This document shows positions 41,063 through 54,770 of a stretch of 64,000 nucleotides of DNA, in pieces. Both the position numbers and the translations under genes were made by a program. How positions within the stretch are numbered: position 1 is the first letter of the stretch; each line of letters opens with the position of its first letter. Below the pieces are notes generated by a model. That model saw nothing but the letters and a program-made list of their open reading frames with translations, did no database searches and was not told the DNA's origin. This stretch comes from the human T2T-CHM13v2.0 reference genome, Homo sapiens, in NCBI RefSeq assembly GCF_009914755.1, contig NC_060941.1; one strand, 5' to 3'.

Positions 41063-42109
41063 CACCCCATACCTAGAATTGATAAAGGCCCTTCCTCTTT
41101 CAGTCTTGACTCCATCCTCTTTTCTTGTGTTAGGATATATAACACTTCTTGCCCAGGAAAACTCCACCATATTTTTGTTGTATTAATATAGGCTACGAAC
41201 ATTTCTGTTACATCTACCCTAAATTCTCAGTATTTATCTATATTTGAATTCTTGAAGTTTATCACAATTCCTGGCACAACAGTAGGTACTCAATATATAT
41301 TACATGAACTGACCAGAACTGAATTACAAGGGAGAGGACAGTCCATGGAAACTTCAGTTCCTTGTTAGCTAATAAGAAACAGACACAATTTTTAGCATTT
41401 TCCCAGTAGTTTATAGATTTTGTATGTATATTTTGAACTGTATTCACAGTGATAAGTGCAATAATAGAGAACTGAACCTGTAACAAGTTTCACTGAGCAT
41501 AGAGAGTAGGGAATACTTTATAATGGGAAGCAGAAAAGTTAAGCATGTTTTATTTAAAAGGGGAAGTTTGCAATGGGTTTTGTAATTAGAGTTTTCTTTT
41601 GTCAGGCCTAAAGGGCTGACAGTGGGAGAGAGGTGTGTGAAAACAGTGTTCCAGAAAGAGGCAGCAGTTTGAAAAGCCATGAACACATTAATGAATATAC
41701 TATGAGAAGATAACAACAACTTTGGAGTGGTGCTATCTGGATCACATAAGATAACACATGCTGAAGAGCTCTACAGCAACTGGGGCAGAGCAGGGGGTTG
41801 GTAATTGTTGAATGAACCTATGTATTAACTCTTAGGTTCTGCAGCGTTTTTCCCCTCATCTTTGACTATCAGTTTTCAACATTAAATGAACGATCAATGA
41901 AGTTATCCATGTGCCAGGCTTTTAAAAAACCTGGCTTAAGTTGAATCCCATTAAAACCAGAGAAGGCATGGAAAATCACAAAGGTGTCTCTTAAGGAACA
42001 CCAGGTTTGAAGCATGTGGTTGAATTGGAAAATGGCAAATCATTGAAAAGAAGAGCACTAAAATAACGGGAGCGTCAGGAAAAAGCAAAGAAAGAAAAAC
42101 ACAGGTTTT

Positions 42110-42371
42110 CAAACACCGCATGTTCTCACTCATAAGTGGGAGCTGAACAATGAGAACACATGGACACAGGAAGGGGAACATCACACACCAAGGCCTGTCA
42201 GGGGTTAGGGGAAAAGGGGAGGGAGAGCATTAGGACAAATACCTAATGCATGCAGAGCTTAAAACCTAAATGACAGGTTGATAGGTGCAGCAAACCACTA
42301 TGGCAAATGTATACCTATGTAACAAATCTGCACGTTCAGCACATGTATCCCAGAACTTGAGGTAACATAAA
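42110..42371 (+). mobile_element. 5'-truncated L1PA7/8-like 3' end
   Basis: CATGTTCTCACTCATAAGTGGGAG...TAGGACAAATACCTAATGCATGC...GTATCCCAGAACTT; 19-bp TSD AAAGAAAAA(C/T)A(C/A)AGGTTTT at 42091 and 42372. Confidence 0.9.
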
Positions 42372-43702
42372 AAAGAAAAATAAAGGTTTTATTTCATATG
42401 TATATGTTGTCCCTAAAAAAGTATTTAATTATATTGTTAGGCTAGGCATTTAAATTGAATCCCTCTAATCATAAGAAAAATGACTTATTTTACTCCTTAG
42501 CTGCTTAGCCTGTGGTCTTTAAGGAATAACATACATTACTGTTTAGAGTTAGGGCATTCTTGTTCAAATGTTTTATTTCCTATATGTTGTTCCCAACTAA
42601 ATTTTACTGAGATAATGAAATCTTCAGTGAAAAGGGATACATATGATCTCAGACCCTTACCTTCTAAACTAATATATTAGAATAAACATACTATGCAGCT
42701 GATACGATCTACTTAGCTTTCCTGAGTCTGATGACTGCAAAGGCCCTGCATATATGCAGCAATAGAGTTTCATCTCTTTTCAGTCAGTTTACATTATTTC
42801 ACTCAAAGTCCTTGGAAAATAAAGTGCCCTTTTAATATGGATTTAAATGTGCACTCAGAATACAAAATTGCGTGTGTATTCTATGGAAACAAGTAACATC
42901 CTGCAGTTAAATACATTTCTTTGTTACTATGCATCCCACATAAGTGCAAACATTAACTTTTTTTAAATACTTCCCTCCAGAAATGGCTTTCTTACCTGTA
43001 GTGTAGACACAGGCAAGAACCAGAGTAAAAAGATTTATCCACGAAATGTTTTTTATTCAAAACCAGTAAGGTAGAGATATAGTTTTTTTTTTTTTTTTTT
43101 ATCAAACTGTTTTACGAGGCTTATGTTGTTATTCCAGTTCCATGAACCCCACAGAAATATCCTGTCTGTGCACAAAAAATTCTGATTTCATGCTTGGAAG
43201 AATTTTATCAAATATTTAGAAACAGAAAGTAGTTATTCCTGTGATACATGCACATATCGTTAATACTCAGGCACACACACTTTCGTTCCTCACACATGCT
43301 GATCTAGATAAACAGCTGAAAGCTATTGCACATGAATTATCCAAGAGGAAATTTTTAGTGCAAAAAAATGTAACCTTTGTACTCTATTTCTTCCAAATAA
43401 GAGATAGATATTTAGTTGTAGTTAGAGGCATCCCAGAAAAAAAAAATACAAAAATGCATTGTACCATCCAAAGATTTTGTAATTAATCACTTAGATTTAG
43501 TCACCTAGTTTACAAATAGTTAAGATAGGGCCAGGCTGTCCAGGTTTATAACTAGCTAAAATTCATATAAGTCGACTGTTGATAAAACAATGGTTGACTG
43601 CATGAGAAAATTGTAATGTTGGGTAAGAATAAAGGCTTCAAAAATATTTAAATATATATGCATGTGGCTTATGCTATTGTGCTCTGCTCATATTTACTAG
43701 GT

Positions 43703-43881
43703 CATTGATTCTCAAAATGTGGTCTTTAGACTAGCAACATCAGCATCAGGTAGGAATTTACAAAAATGCAAACTCCATAGCGGACCTACTGAATCTGAAA
43801 CTCTGGATGTGGAGCCTGGCCATCTTGCTATAGCAAACTCACCAAGTAATTCTGAGGCAGCTTAAGGTTTGAGAACCACTG
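43703..43881. mobile_element. MER5A MITE
   Basis: TTCTCAAAATGTGGTC...CATCAGCATCA...GACCTACTGAATCTGAAACTCTGG...TTTGAGAACCACTG. Confidence 0.85.
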
Positions 43882-44139
43882 CTTTATTTCTAGACTGGAA
43901 TTCACTAAAGATAGCTCCTGTACACAGTCAATCCTTCAGAGGATTTCCCTATGCTCACCTCTTTGATAAGTTACTTGAAACCAAATCCCTGCTCAGAGTC
44001 TGCCTTGGAGGTGACTCAAGTTAAGAAAATGTGTTTATATGTCCTAACAATATGCTTTCATGGAAGATTTGCTGCATTGAATTATAATTTATTTTTGCAA
44101 TTTTGATTTCCTTACGTGAATGTGAGGGGATTTTTGGCT

Positions 44140-44680
44140 TTTTAAAAAATAATTTCAACTTTTATTTTGGATTCAGGGGATATGCTTTCAGGTTTGTTTC
44201 CTGGGTATATTGTGTGATGCTCAGGTTTGGGGTTTGATTGATTCCGTCATCCAGCTACTGAACATAGTACCCAGTAGTTTTGCAGTCCTTGCTCCTTTCT
44301 CCCACCAGCGTCCAGTGTCCTTTGTTTCTATTGTTGCCATCTTTATGTCCATAAATACTCAACGTTTAGCTCCAACTTATAAGTGAGAACATGTGGTATT
44401 TGGTTTCTGTTCCTGCACTAATTTGCTGAGAATAATGGCCTCCAGCTGCATGCCTGTCGTTGCAAAGGACATGATTTTATCGTTGTGACTGAATAATATT
44501 ACAATGTGGTACATATACTACATTTTCTTTATCCAATCCATCACTGATGGGTATCTATGTTGATTCCATGTCTTTGCTATTGTGAATAGGTAATTCTATT
44601 TTAAGTTCTGTGTGAATTCTCCAAATTGCTTTCCACAGTGGCTGAACTAATTTACATTCCCACCAACAGTGTCTAAGCAT
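44140..44680 (-). mobile_element. L1PA16/L1PB-like 3' end
   Basis: TTTCAACTTTTATTTTGGATTCAGGGG...TTAGCTCCAACTTATAAGTGAGAACATG...TTACATTCCCACCAACAGTGT; flanking TGAATG(T/C)GAG on both sides. Confidence 0.85.
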
Positions 44681-47399
44681 TGAATGCGAGTTTTTAAGAG
44701 CAAAAGATACAAGGCATAATTTATTTTTACATTTTCTAGGCCCAGGACGGTGCCTGGCAAATAAGAATTTTTCAATGAATATTGGTGTAATAAATGTAGA
44801 AGTACATAAATTGGATATTTTTAAGTTATTTTAAATTAAAATTGATGATATTATATCACCAATATACTTATATTGATGATAAGTGTGTCAAAGGTTATAG
44901 CTGAATCAACAAATGCCTGCAATTGGTAGTTAACAGTTGTAGAAATTCCAAGTTGTTTCAGGTTAGCTAAAATGTAATAAGAAATATGTATAATCATAGC
45001 ATTATTGAAGAATATAACTGACAACTCTACACAGGTTCTTTGGGGGACCCTTAGCATGCTTTAATTTCAGCAATGGTATATTTAATCTACTTCCATGCAT
45101 TGACAGTTAACTATATGTGCCCAGGGCTCTTGTATTCTGGGTTCAAGTTATGTATTGCTGTTTTTGACAGGAAGTGCTCTTTTATATTCATATTTAAACA
45201 TTTACTGCTACAAGTGTAAGTGTTTGAAGTATTCATAAAGTTATTTTTCACATAGAAACTGAGATTTCAAGGTTAGAATCATTTATCCCTATAGAGAGAA
45301 GATATAAATGAAAATATTACCAAACTCTCAGTGTGGATGAAGGTCATGACAACACTGCTATATCAAATAAAGAGAAAAAATAGTTTGCAATTATTTTTTC
45401 TAAACGAGACTTCCCCGATTGTGAGAAGCTATTTATTTCTGCAATACAGTCTGTGTGGCACAACCTCTATTTGCTACCTACTAGTTTTTATTTTTATAAC
45501 AATTTAAATGGGTACAGTAATTTATAGCTAGTGAGCAGAATCTCTTAGAAAGGGGTATCTTATGAAGAAAAGTATTATTATCTATATTTCTTCTCTTGCA
45601 TTAATTTTCCTTTGGTTATTGCAAACATTAAAGGAGAATATAGGAGCAGAGTAATTATCATACTTAATACTCTCCAGAAATACTGTATATTGAATTTGAA
45701 TAGGCTAGGGAACTTATTAATCAATTGGTAAAACTTGCAAAGCACCACCAAATCTATGTTTTTTAAGTATATAAAATAAACTGAAACTGATTTTTTTCTA
45801 GTAAAACATGGTGATGTGTATGTCTCATTTATTTCAAAGATAATATCTTAGGCTCTGATCTAGAGTTGTTTCATAGAGAATGAACATGAAACGGTCTAGA
45901 TTTCCTTTTTTTGGTGGATTAAACATAGTTCTTTCCTTCTCCTGTATCTCTACTTTTTGGCATAATCTGTCTTTTATCCCTTTTTACTCATCCTCTTTGT
46001 ATCCCTGTTATAACACACATGGTTTTATATTGTTCTGAGTGTTCTTCATTGTTCCATCTGTAGAATATTTTTCATCCTCTTCTAGATCTGGAAATCCAAG
46101 ATCTGCCCAACATCTGGAAAGGAGCTTACCCTGTTCTTTTTTAACACTTTTGTTTACAAAGCTAAGAGATTTCATACTCCCTCCCCAATTTCCTTGTTGG
46201 TAATTCTCCTAACTAAGATTAGAATCTTCTGTTTAGGTTTATTTTCTGTGATCGTCATAGCAAATTTGTCATGCTTCATAAAACATAAAATAAACAGAAA
46301 AATTCTCATAATTACAGGGTTGGAAAGCTGAACCATAAAGGAATCTACATCAACAATTCCCCTCAATAAAAAAGTTCAATAGCAGAGATTTTTGCAAAAA
46401 GATTTTTAAAAGAAAAGAGTTTTTCTTAATGTCTCACTTGCTGGCCCAGATTCTTTTTCACTGGGGAATATCGAGTATTGTTTTGATGATTGGAAAGTTG
46501 ACTTTTTATCAATTTAGCACTTGCTCTAAAAGACCATATTTTGAGCCCAAAACTGAGCTGTAAGTTTTAAGATGTGCACGCTTTCTGAATTGTTTATCCT
46601 CCTTGACACAAGGCCACTGGAGAAACTTGCACCAAAAGATTACGGTTAAACAAAACGAAACTTGTCCTCCCCGGAAAAGAAATGATGTGGGAAAAACACT
46701 TCCCCTTTGGTAAAGCTACTGCAAATTAAAAAGAAAGATCTCAGTGTGAAGTTGGTGATGTTTTGTTGCAAAGAAAAAAAAAGTGCAATGAAAACTCCAT
46801 CAGCTCTTTCAGCTGAGAAAAAGAACACAGGAAAATGAAGTGCAGGGAAGACTCACAAAGCTCTTTTGGAAACTGGAGACTAGAAGCTTTACAGGTAAAT
46901 ACCAAGCTAGCAGAAAACAAATCTCAGTGGCCTGGCATGTGAACCTAATGATGTAACAGAGGATGAATCAATGTTTATCAAATTAATCATCCGTTAATGA
47001 ACCTTCTAATTAAGAGTCACAGGCCAGATGAAGTAACATGGCAGGTAAATACCTCAAATCTGGAGCTGGGGGACTGTCAAGATCAGAATAAAAGTGTTTC
47101 CACTAACGGCAAGGAAACAAACAGGGAGATGTTGCATCCTGAAAAAACTTTAAAATGATTTTTATAAAAATTAGTTATCTGTGGTATAATTGTTGTTGTT
47201 TTGTTCTGTTTTCCTTAGTGCTTAGTACCTTATACTGGTTATTCTAACTTTATTTTTAAGACATTGATAGAATGCAAACCTTAATTTGAAGTCTTTGCTA
47301 AAGACAGGGTTTTATGATGAGTGTGTGTGTTCAGTCTCTGGAAGGAGTGGAAAAACAACTACAAAGAACTTTATTCAGGTTATAGCCAAAAGAAAATTG

Positions 47400-47570
47400 G
47401 GTCGGATATGGTGGCTCAGGCCTGTAATCCCAGGGCTTTGGGAGGCTGTGGTGGGAGAATCGCTTGAACCCAGGAGTTCTAGGCTGCAGTGGGTTATGGC
47501 TGCACCACTGCACTCCAGCTTGGGTGACAGAGTGAGACCCTGTCTCTAAAATAAATACATATATAAAAAT
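47400..47570 (+). mobile_element. Alu monomer (FRAM-like or left-right chimera)
   Basis: Single ~150-bp arm plus A-rich tail; TSD AAAAGAAAAT at 47388 and 47571. Confidence 0.85.
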
Positions 47571-48939
47571 AAAAGAAAATCAGTGGAAATTTCTTTATAA
47601 TTTGTTAGGAATTGACAATATATCACTGTGCTTGGTAACTTTGTTAATCTGTCTTCTGAGCTTATTAACTTATTTACAGAACTGTAAGACACAGGCTATA
47701 TACTGTAAAATTATTTGAGTCAAGCAAAGCAATCCAAATAATTTAGAAATAAAAGTTCACTTATACATTAACAAAATAATTACCTTGATAAAATTTGCTT
47801 AATCAAATATATTCAGTATTTAATTATCTTTTATTGAAATTTTACTCTTGTAAACAGTACAAGGCAAAGTTTTTGTAGCATGAAATAAATCAAAGTTACT
47901 GCAAGTAGCTGGAAATATCTGAGTTACATGAAATTTGAACAAGTTTTAGAAAAATTAGAAATATTGTCATTAGCAAATATTCCCTTTGTTATTCCCACCC
48001 ATGAATGGATTCCATGTTTAGAAAAATCTTGACTGCCAAACTGCATTGTTCAGGGAATATTTAATTTGTTTCTACTCTTTATTAATAGAAGTCCTATAAT
48101 GCAAATATCTAAAGTAGACTGTTTTCCCACAGTGAATAGCTATAATTCTATTCCAAAGCAAAGAAACCCAATGTGTTAATTAGTCCATACAGCCTGATCT
48201 TGAATAAATGTAGAATTTCCATTAGCATTTTGGACATTTTCAAAAATTTTTAAAACCCTGTATCCAATTACTACTCTCTAGGAAATTTAGGATCTCAGAT
48301 GTCCCAAGCTGTAAAAAGATTTCTGGACCCCAGAGAATAATTAGTAAGTAACAACAGTTACAACAAGAGTGAAGCTCAGACAAAATCAACCTTAACTAGG
48401 TTTTTATTGAATTGCAGAATAGAATTTATTTTTCTAATAAACAGAGTGAATTTTAATATGTTTGGCATTTTACTGTTCTACTTACTTTTCATTTGTGCAA
48501 TTTTATTTGATCAAGCTATGATATTTTTAGCTTCCAGAACAGTTACCTCCCTACCTAGGGCACATCCCCAGAAGCAATTACTCCTTTAATTAGCTTTGAC
48601 TCATTAATCTTTGCCTCTTCTGCTTTCCTTTCAAGTGGAGGGGGACTTCCCATCCATTTGTGTAGCATAATGCACTATCACAGTAAGTTTCTCTTTACCT
48701 CTGCACCTTACTTTTTAAGATAATACTTCCCTTGTCAAACCATCCTAAGGATTCTATTCCTGGGATGTCTGAGCATAATAAATAGGATGCTCCCTGTGTT
48801 AAGGAAAAAAAAAAAGAATGAGACCTTTGATCTCATTAGGTCTCCACAGTTATTTTTTTAACTCATCATTTATTACTGCCATAACATAATACTTTAAATG
48901 TACTCTCTCTGGGACTTGCCATCTTGTTGCATGTATACA

Positions 48940-49453
48940 GAATACATGTATACACACATGCACATATATGTATATATAAGTAGATAATTTAGCATAGGAA
49001 TTGATTGGCTGAGGTGATTGTGAAAGCCAAGAGTGCCACAAATTGCCATTTGTGAGTTGGAGAACTCAGAAAAGCCAGTGGTGTAATTCAGGACAAGCCC
49101 TAAGGTCAGAGAATCAGGGTAGCCAATTAGCCAATGGTGGAAATCTGGACCTGAGTCCCTAGGCCTGAAAGCCAGAAGTGCTGACGTCTGAGGACAGAAG
49201 AAAATGATGTCCCAGCCCAAACGTCAAGAGTGAACTTGCCCTTTTTGTTCTATCCAGGATAGCCTTTTGTGAGTGGATTGGGCCCTGAGTGGATTGACGA
49301 TTTCCACTGGTATGGATGAAGGTAACAAGTTCTTTACTCAGTCTACCTATTCAAATACTAGTATCTCCCAAAAGCAACTTCACAAACACACTCAGAAATT
49401 ACTGGCTGGGCATCCTTTGGCCCAGTCAAGTTGAAGCAAAATTAATCATCACA
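48940..49453 (-). mobile_element. ERVL LTR, MLT2B4/MLT2D-like
   Basis: AAAGCCAGTGGTGTAATTCAG...TTTACTCAGTCTACCTATTCAAAT...CCCAGTCAAGTTGA...AAAATTAATCATCACA. Confidence 0.8.
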
Positions 49454-50120
49454 ACATCTATGACTATCAAATCTCCATCACAGATACTCTTAATTTAGCG
49501 GATACAAGCTAATAGGAAGTCACAGCAGAACAAACTCAAGCTCCAGGGCAGTGTTTATATCAGAGTGCTCTACTTTTCACACATATTTGCCTTAAGCCAT
49601 GATTCTTTTGACCTCTTGTGTCACTGTCTGCTGCTAATCAAATCAGCCATGAGCGAACCATCACATATTCATTTCCCTCACTTCCCTGTTCCCTCCAACT
49701 TTTCTGAGTGTCTTGGTCTAAAACTGCGTGTTGCAAGGGGCAGGTGGTGGGGAGGTGAAGCTGTAATAAAGTTGCTCTTTCGCAAACAAGAAACTACTAT
49801 ATAATGTCAGTTTCTACTTTCAGTGCCTGTTGAATTAAAAAAAAATCATCATCATAAAAAAATAAAGATAATTATAAGAGAAAAGTTGAAGAAACTTAAT
49901 TAGGCCTTTGAAACTAGAAATCAATACCATTAACTTCCAATTAAACATAGCTAATTTAATTCTCTATGATACTAAAAGATCAATGATGAATTATAAAAGT
50001 CAAATAGTTTGAAAAATGCAACAGATGAGCAGAAGCACAAAGTACATTTTAGAAAGGCATTTTTTTTGGTTCATGTTGTCACTTCTTTTCCAAGCAAGTA
50101 GTCACAGAAGAGACAAACTG

Positions 50121-50362
50121 TGTTTGTTTGTTTGTTTGTTTGTTTTTACTTTAAGTTCTGAGATACATGTGCAGAACGTACAGGTTTGTTACATAGGTAT
50201 ACATGTGCCATGGTGGTATGCTGCACCTATCAACCCGTCATCTAACTTTTAAGCCCTGCATGCATTAGGTATTTGTCCTAATGCTCTCCTTCCTCTTGCC
50301 CCCCAGCCCCTGACAGACCCTGGTGTGTAATGTTCCCCTCCCTGTGTCCATGTGTTCTCATT
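50121..50362 (-). mobile_element. 5'-truncated L1PA7/8-like 3' end with (TTTG)n tail
   Basis: ACTTTAAGTTCTGAGATACATGTGCAGAACG...GCATGCATTAGGTATTTGTCCTAATGC. Confidence 0.9.
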
Positions 50363-50829
50363 AGAACAGACCGTCTTTTGAAAAGGAATAGGAATGGGAG
50401 AAGTAGAAGGAATGGGAGAAATGGCTAATATATAAGAAATACCATTTAACCACAAGAAATGTTACTAATGGTAAATATTGCATTAATGGAAAGTATAATA
50501 CCTAGTAACCATTTCAGTGCTCCTAGCTCCCCAGATAAAAAAGCTTACATGTTTCAACTAACTAGGCAGCTATGTGAGCCTTCGATAGCCAGGACTCACT
50601 ATTTTCTTACTCATCCTCTTTACTTTCCTCTACTCTCTCTACCTTTTCTGGTGCCTTCTCCCTTGAGGACATGATGCAAAATAGTAAAAATTTTAAAAAC
50701 AGAAATTCTAAACAAAATAGCTGTGATAGGAATCTTTAGGAAAACAGTATGGAGAAATACTTGCCTATAATCTATGTAGACATATATGGAAAATTTATGA
50801 GTGCGGTACTGAGACAGAATTTTACAATA

Positions 50830-51010
50830 TTTATATTTCCAGTAATTAAGTAACATTAGTAGCCCTATTTTAACAAAAAAAAGAAACAATATCTGTGAGG
50901 TTAAATACACTGGGTACTTTTATGCCAGCCATGTTGCCATTAAGTGACAGAATCAGCACTCAAGGCAGAGCTTTCTGCCCTCAAATCTCATAATTCTGAG
51001 GAAATTCTGT
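50830..51010 (-). mobile_element. MIR fragment
   Basis: CCCTATTTTAACA...GAAAC...TGAGGTTAAAT...TAAGTGACAGAATCAG. Confidence 0.5.
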
Positions 51011-52184
51011 GCTTTCATTCACCAACACTCAAGGTTTCTTATGTTTGCATAACATTTCACGCCTCTGAAAATACTTTGAAGTTTATGACATACTTTAAAG
51101 AGAAAAGACACCAATGAGTTATAAAATAACATTTATAGTAGGTAAGTAAATATACAGGCATTATACCAAAATGTTAATGCATGCCCATCACTTAGCACAT
51201 TTCCTGAATGAAAGAGAAGTGCCTAATAAAGATCATTTGTATTTTTGTTCTTTTTTGCTTGCCCTGATTTTCTAGTTTCCCAGAATGCATTACATAGTAT
51301 TTTTACAACATCCATGATCTCATCCATGATCTTGTCCATCATCTTAGAACCTTGAAGCAGGGGAGTCAAGGCAAGTGTTAATATTCATATTTCATAAATT
51401 CATAGAATTTCAGTAAATAAAATAGGATATGTCTCCTAATCAACATCAAAACAGCTGATGTCAACAAATGGAAGCAGCTTGCTGCTTGTCTCACAGTCCT
51501 GTTGTCAATACAGTGGTTTCTGCCTTCAAGAAGCTGGGTTTCACGTTCTTTTCAAGGGTGTGTGTGTTTGTGTTCATATGAATGCACCACGTGGTTTGCA
51601 GGAATTGGTTGGTAAACAGAGAAAACATATTGATTGACAGTGTCAAGATCAATAAAAACCTGGGTAATCTGGCATCAAACAAACCTCACTCACCATGCCT
51701 TGCTTTCACATCCCTGCCATTGCATTTGTGCCTTTTAAAGCTTTTTCAGCATTCTGTTACTTCCTTACGCTGTTTTGTTCTAAATTCTAGGGAAGCCATT
51801 ATGTTACAAGTCCATCATTATTATTTTCTTTCCTTGAAAAGTCACCATTTGTTTTCTAACACTGTCACATATGTTCTAGGTTATTATTTCTGTCCTTTTC
51901 TCACTTTAAAATGGGCTATAGTCTTTCTCCCATCAGAGTATTGATTTTGCTTTTAAAAAGGCCTCCCTATTCCATTATCTCTTCTGATCAATTCAGTCCA
52001 TTTGCATGAGAATTTTTCCCTCTTTCTTACCACCCAAACTGTCTTTGTTTTTATTTCACTTTGCTCTATTTGTCATTTGTAGAGCATTAATTATAACTCC
52101 AGAGTTTGTTTTGAAAAGTGTTGGTTTGCTTTGAAAAAAGTCAGTCCACTTGACAGTTTTGATCTCTCTTTTGACATGTGTTTA

Positions 52185-52540
52185 CTCATTCACTGAACAC
52201 TTATTTGTTGAGCCAGACATGATAGACAGTGCTGAGGTTAATGAAATTAAAAATAGTGAATATTTTTCTATGCAATACATAGTAAGTTGTCACCAAGTGC
52301 CAGGCAATCGATAAAGGACTTAAAACTATTTTAATGAAAATAATCAGCATGTATTGAGACCAGAAAATTTCTGAAAGTTTTATATGGAGAATATACTTTG
52401 TCCTCAGAAACACCCTATGATATAGTTACTATAATTATCTTCTCAATTTTAGATGAGAAGCGAAGGCAAAGATGAAATTAAATTACTTCATCACAGCTGG
52501 CAAGTGGCAGAGTCAGGATTCAAAGTGTTCTTTACCACTA
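52185..52540 (-). mobile_element. L2 3' end plus MIR
   Basis: CATTCACTGAACACTTATTTGTTGAGC; CACCCTATGA...TTTTAGATGAGAA...AAGTGGCAGAGTCAGGATTC. Confidence 0.55.
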
Positions 52541-53369
52541 AACTTATCTATACGCATTGTTTTCTATATGCATTGTATGTGTTTTGTATTACTATCTAGT
52601 AAGCATGTAACAGATCAAAGTCCACCAAAGGAAAACATGTACATTCCCATTTACCTAAAACGTTTCCTAGAAAGTTCAATTCCACTTTCCCAAAATCTAC
52701 TTATCCACTTATGACCAAAAAAAAAAAAAAAAAAAGCCTCAAGGGCACAGATTTATTGTATTATTCTCCTACCTTATAGCTGTCTTAAGATACCATAATC
52801 AATGGTTTTTGGGCAGGCTGACATACTAAAGAACCAAATAAAACTCAGTTTTAGCTATATTTTTTGCTTACTAATTATGTCCTATAAGATCTTATTTACT
52901 CACTAATAACACTTGCTTTTATAAGTCTCTCCTACCCTGTATCTTAGACACTATACTAAGTACGAGGACTACTATCATGATTGTGACATTGTCACCTGTC
53001 CTAGCTAATATTTTAATTTTTTTAATTGTCTTTGAAATAGTTCCCTCTGGAGTCTTCCAAATCTATTAAATAAGTTACCTGATAATAGGAAACCTTAAAT
53101 CTTTGTAGAAATTCTTCAGTATCCTTCAGTGTCTTTCAAGGAGTAATTACTTAATATATGTTTGTTGGAATGAATTAAAAGACGTTGACCTCCAATAATG
53201 GCTAATGGATGGCAAAAATTACTATCATATATTCTATAAAGTATATAGGAGCCTGAGGGTCTGGGCAGATAGATGAGCAATTTAGCTTTATATAGGTATA
53301 TTCAAGGTTCTTACCACGTATTTGTATCATTTTCTTCAATTTTTATTTCCAGTATATTTCACTGAATTT

Positions 53370-54770
53370 ATATATGATACAATTTGTATACCTTCAGTGT
53401 GGAGTTCACTAAATTTTAAATGTAGACTCCATTCTAACCAGCACCTCAATTATAATTTACAGCATTGACATAATCTTAGAAAGTTCATTATTGCTCCTTT
53501 ACAAAATCTGCCCCTCCAGCCTGGCCAAAGCATTCACTGATCTAATTTCTAGCATCATAAATTTGTTTTGCCTTTTCTAAAATTTCTCAGGAATGGAATT
53601 AGATAGTATGTACTATTTGGGGTAAGACTTTTTTGACTCAATATTATATTTTTGAATTTTTTTCACGCTGCTGTATCAGTGGTTTGTTCCTTTTATTGCT
53701 GAGTACTATTCTATTACACCACATTTTGCCACTATGTGTTTATTCATTCCCCTGTTTAAGAGCATTCTAGTTATTTCCAGGTTTTGCTCATCGTGTATAA
53801 ATCTCTTAGGATATTTCCTTACAAATCTTTTTAGAAATATACATTATAACCTTTCTTGGGCAAATGCATTTAAATAGAAAAAGTGAGTCACAGTATAGGC
53901 ATATATTTATTTTATGAAAAGAAAAACAAACTGTCAAACAGTTTTTGAAAGGGTTGCAATATTTTACACGCTCATCAATGATGGACTAGAGTTTTAGGTG
54001 CTTCACATGTTCTGCAATGTTTGGTATTATCAGGTTTTTTTGTTTTTGTTTTTGTTTTTGTTTTTGTTTTTTTACTATTCATATGGGTTCAATGTAGTAT
54101 CTTTTGGTGGTTTTACTTTTCATTTCATTGATGACTAATAACAGTGTACATTGTTTTATGCAATTTTGGTCATTCCCATATCTTCTTTTTTGAACTATCT
54201 ATTGAATTATTTTTTTTTCTTGAGGTGTGTCTTTAATATTGATTTGTAGGAGTTCTTTGAATATTCTGCATATTTTTTGCCAAATATATATATAGCAAAT
54301 ATTTTCCCCTAGTTTGTGACTTGCCTTTCCACTTTTTAAATGATCACTTGGAGAGCAGAACTTGTTTTTAATTTTGATGAGGAATTTTTTTTCCATTTAT
54401 GGTTACTGCTTTTTCTACTTCAAGAAATTTTGCTTACCCTAATGTCAAGAAGAGACTGTCCTCCACTTTCCTCAAGAAACTTGTTTACCTTTAGGTTTCA
54501 AAACCATCTTAAATTATTTTGGGTATATGTGTGTGTATGGTGTGAGACAGGGGTCAAAGTTGATTTTGTTCATTTTTGGTTTAGTTTGTTTTATAATCTA
54601 CATGTTCATTCAGTTATTTCAGCACCATATATTGAAAACTTCCACAACTGAACTGTTTTAGTGCTTTTATCAAAAGTCAATTGACTGCTTCTATGTGTTT
54701 GCATTGCTGGATTCAAATATTCCATTGATTCATTTGTCTACTTTTACATTAATACCTCTTGACTACCTTT
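53370..54770 (-). mobile_element. Old L1M (L1MC/ME-like) remnant
   Basis: CATTCACTGATCTAATTTCTA...AATGGAATTAGATAGTATGTACT...TTTTATTGCTGAGTACTATTC...TGATTTGTAGGAGTTCTTT...AAGTCAATTGAC. Confidence 0.75.
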
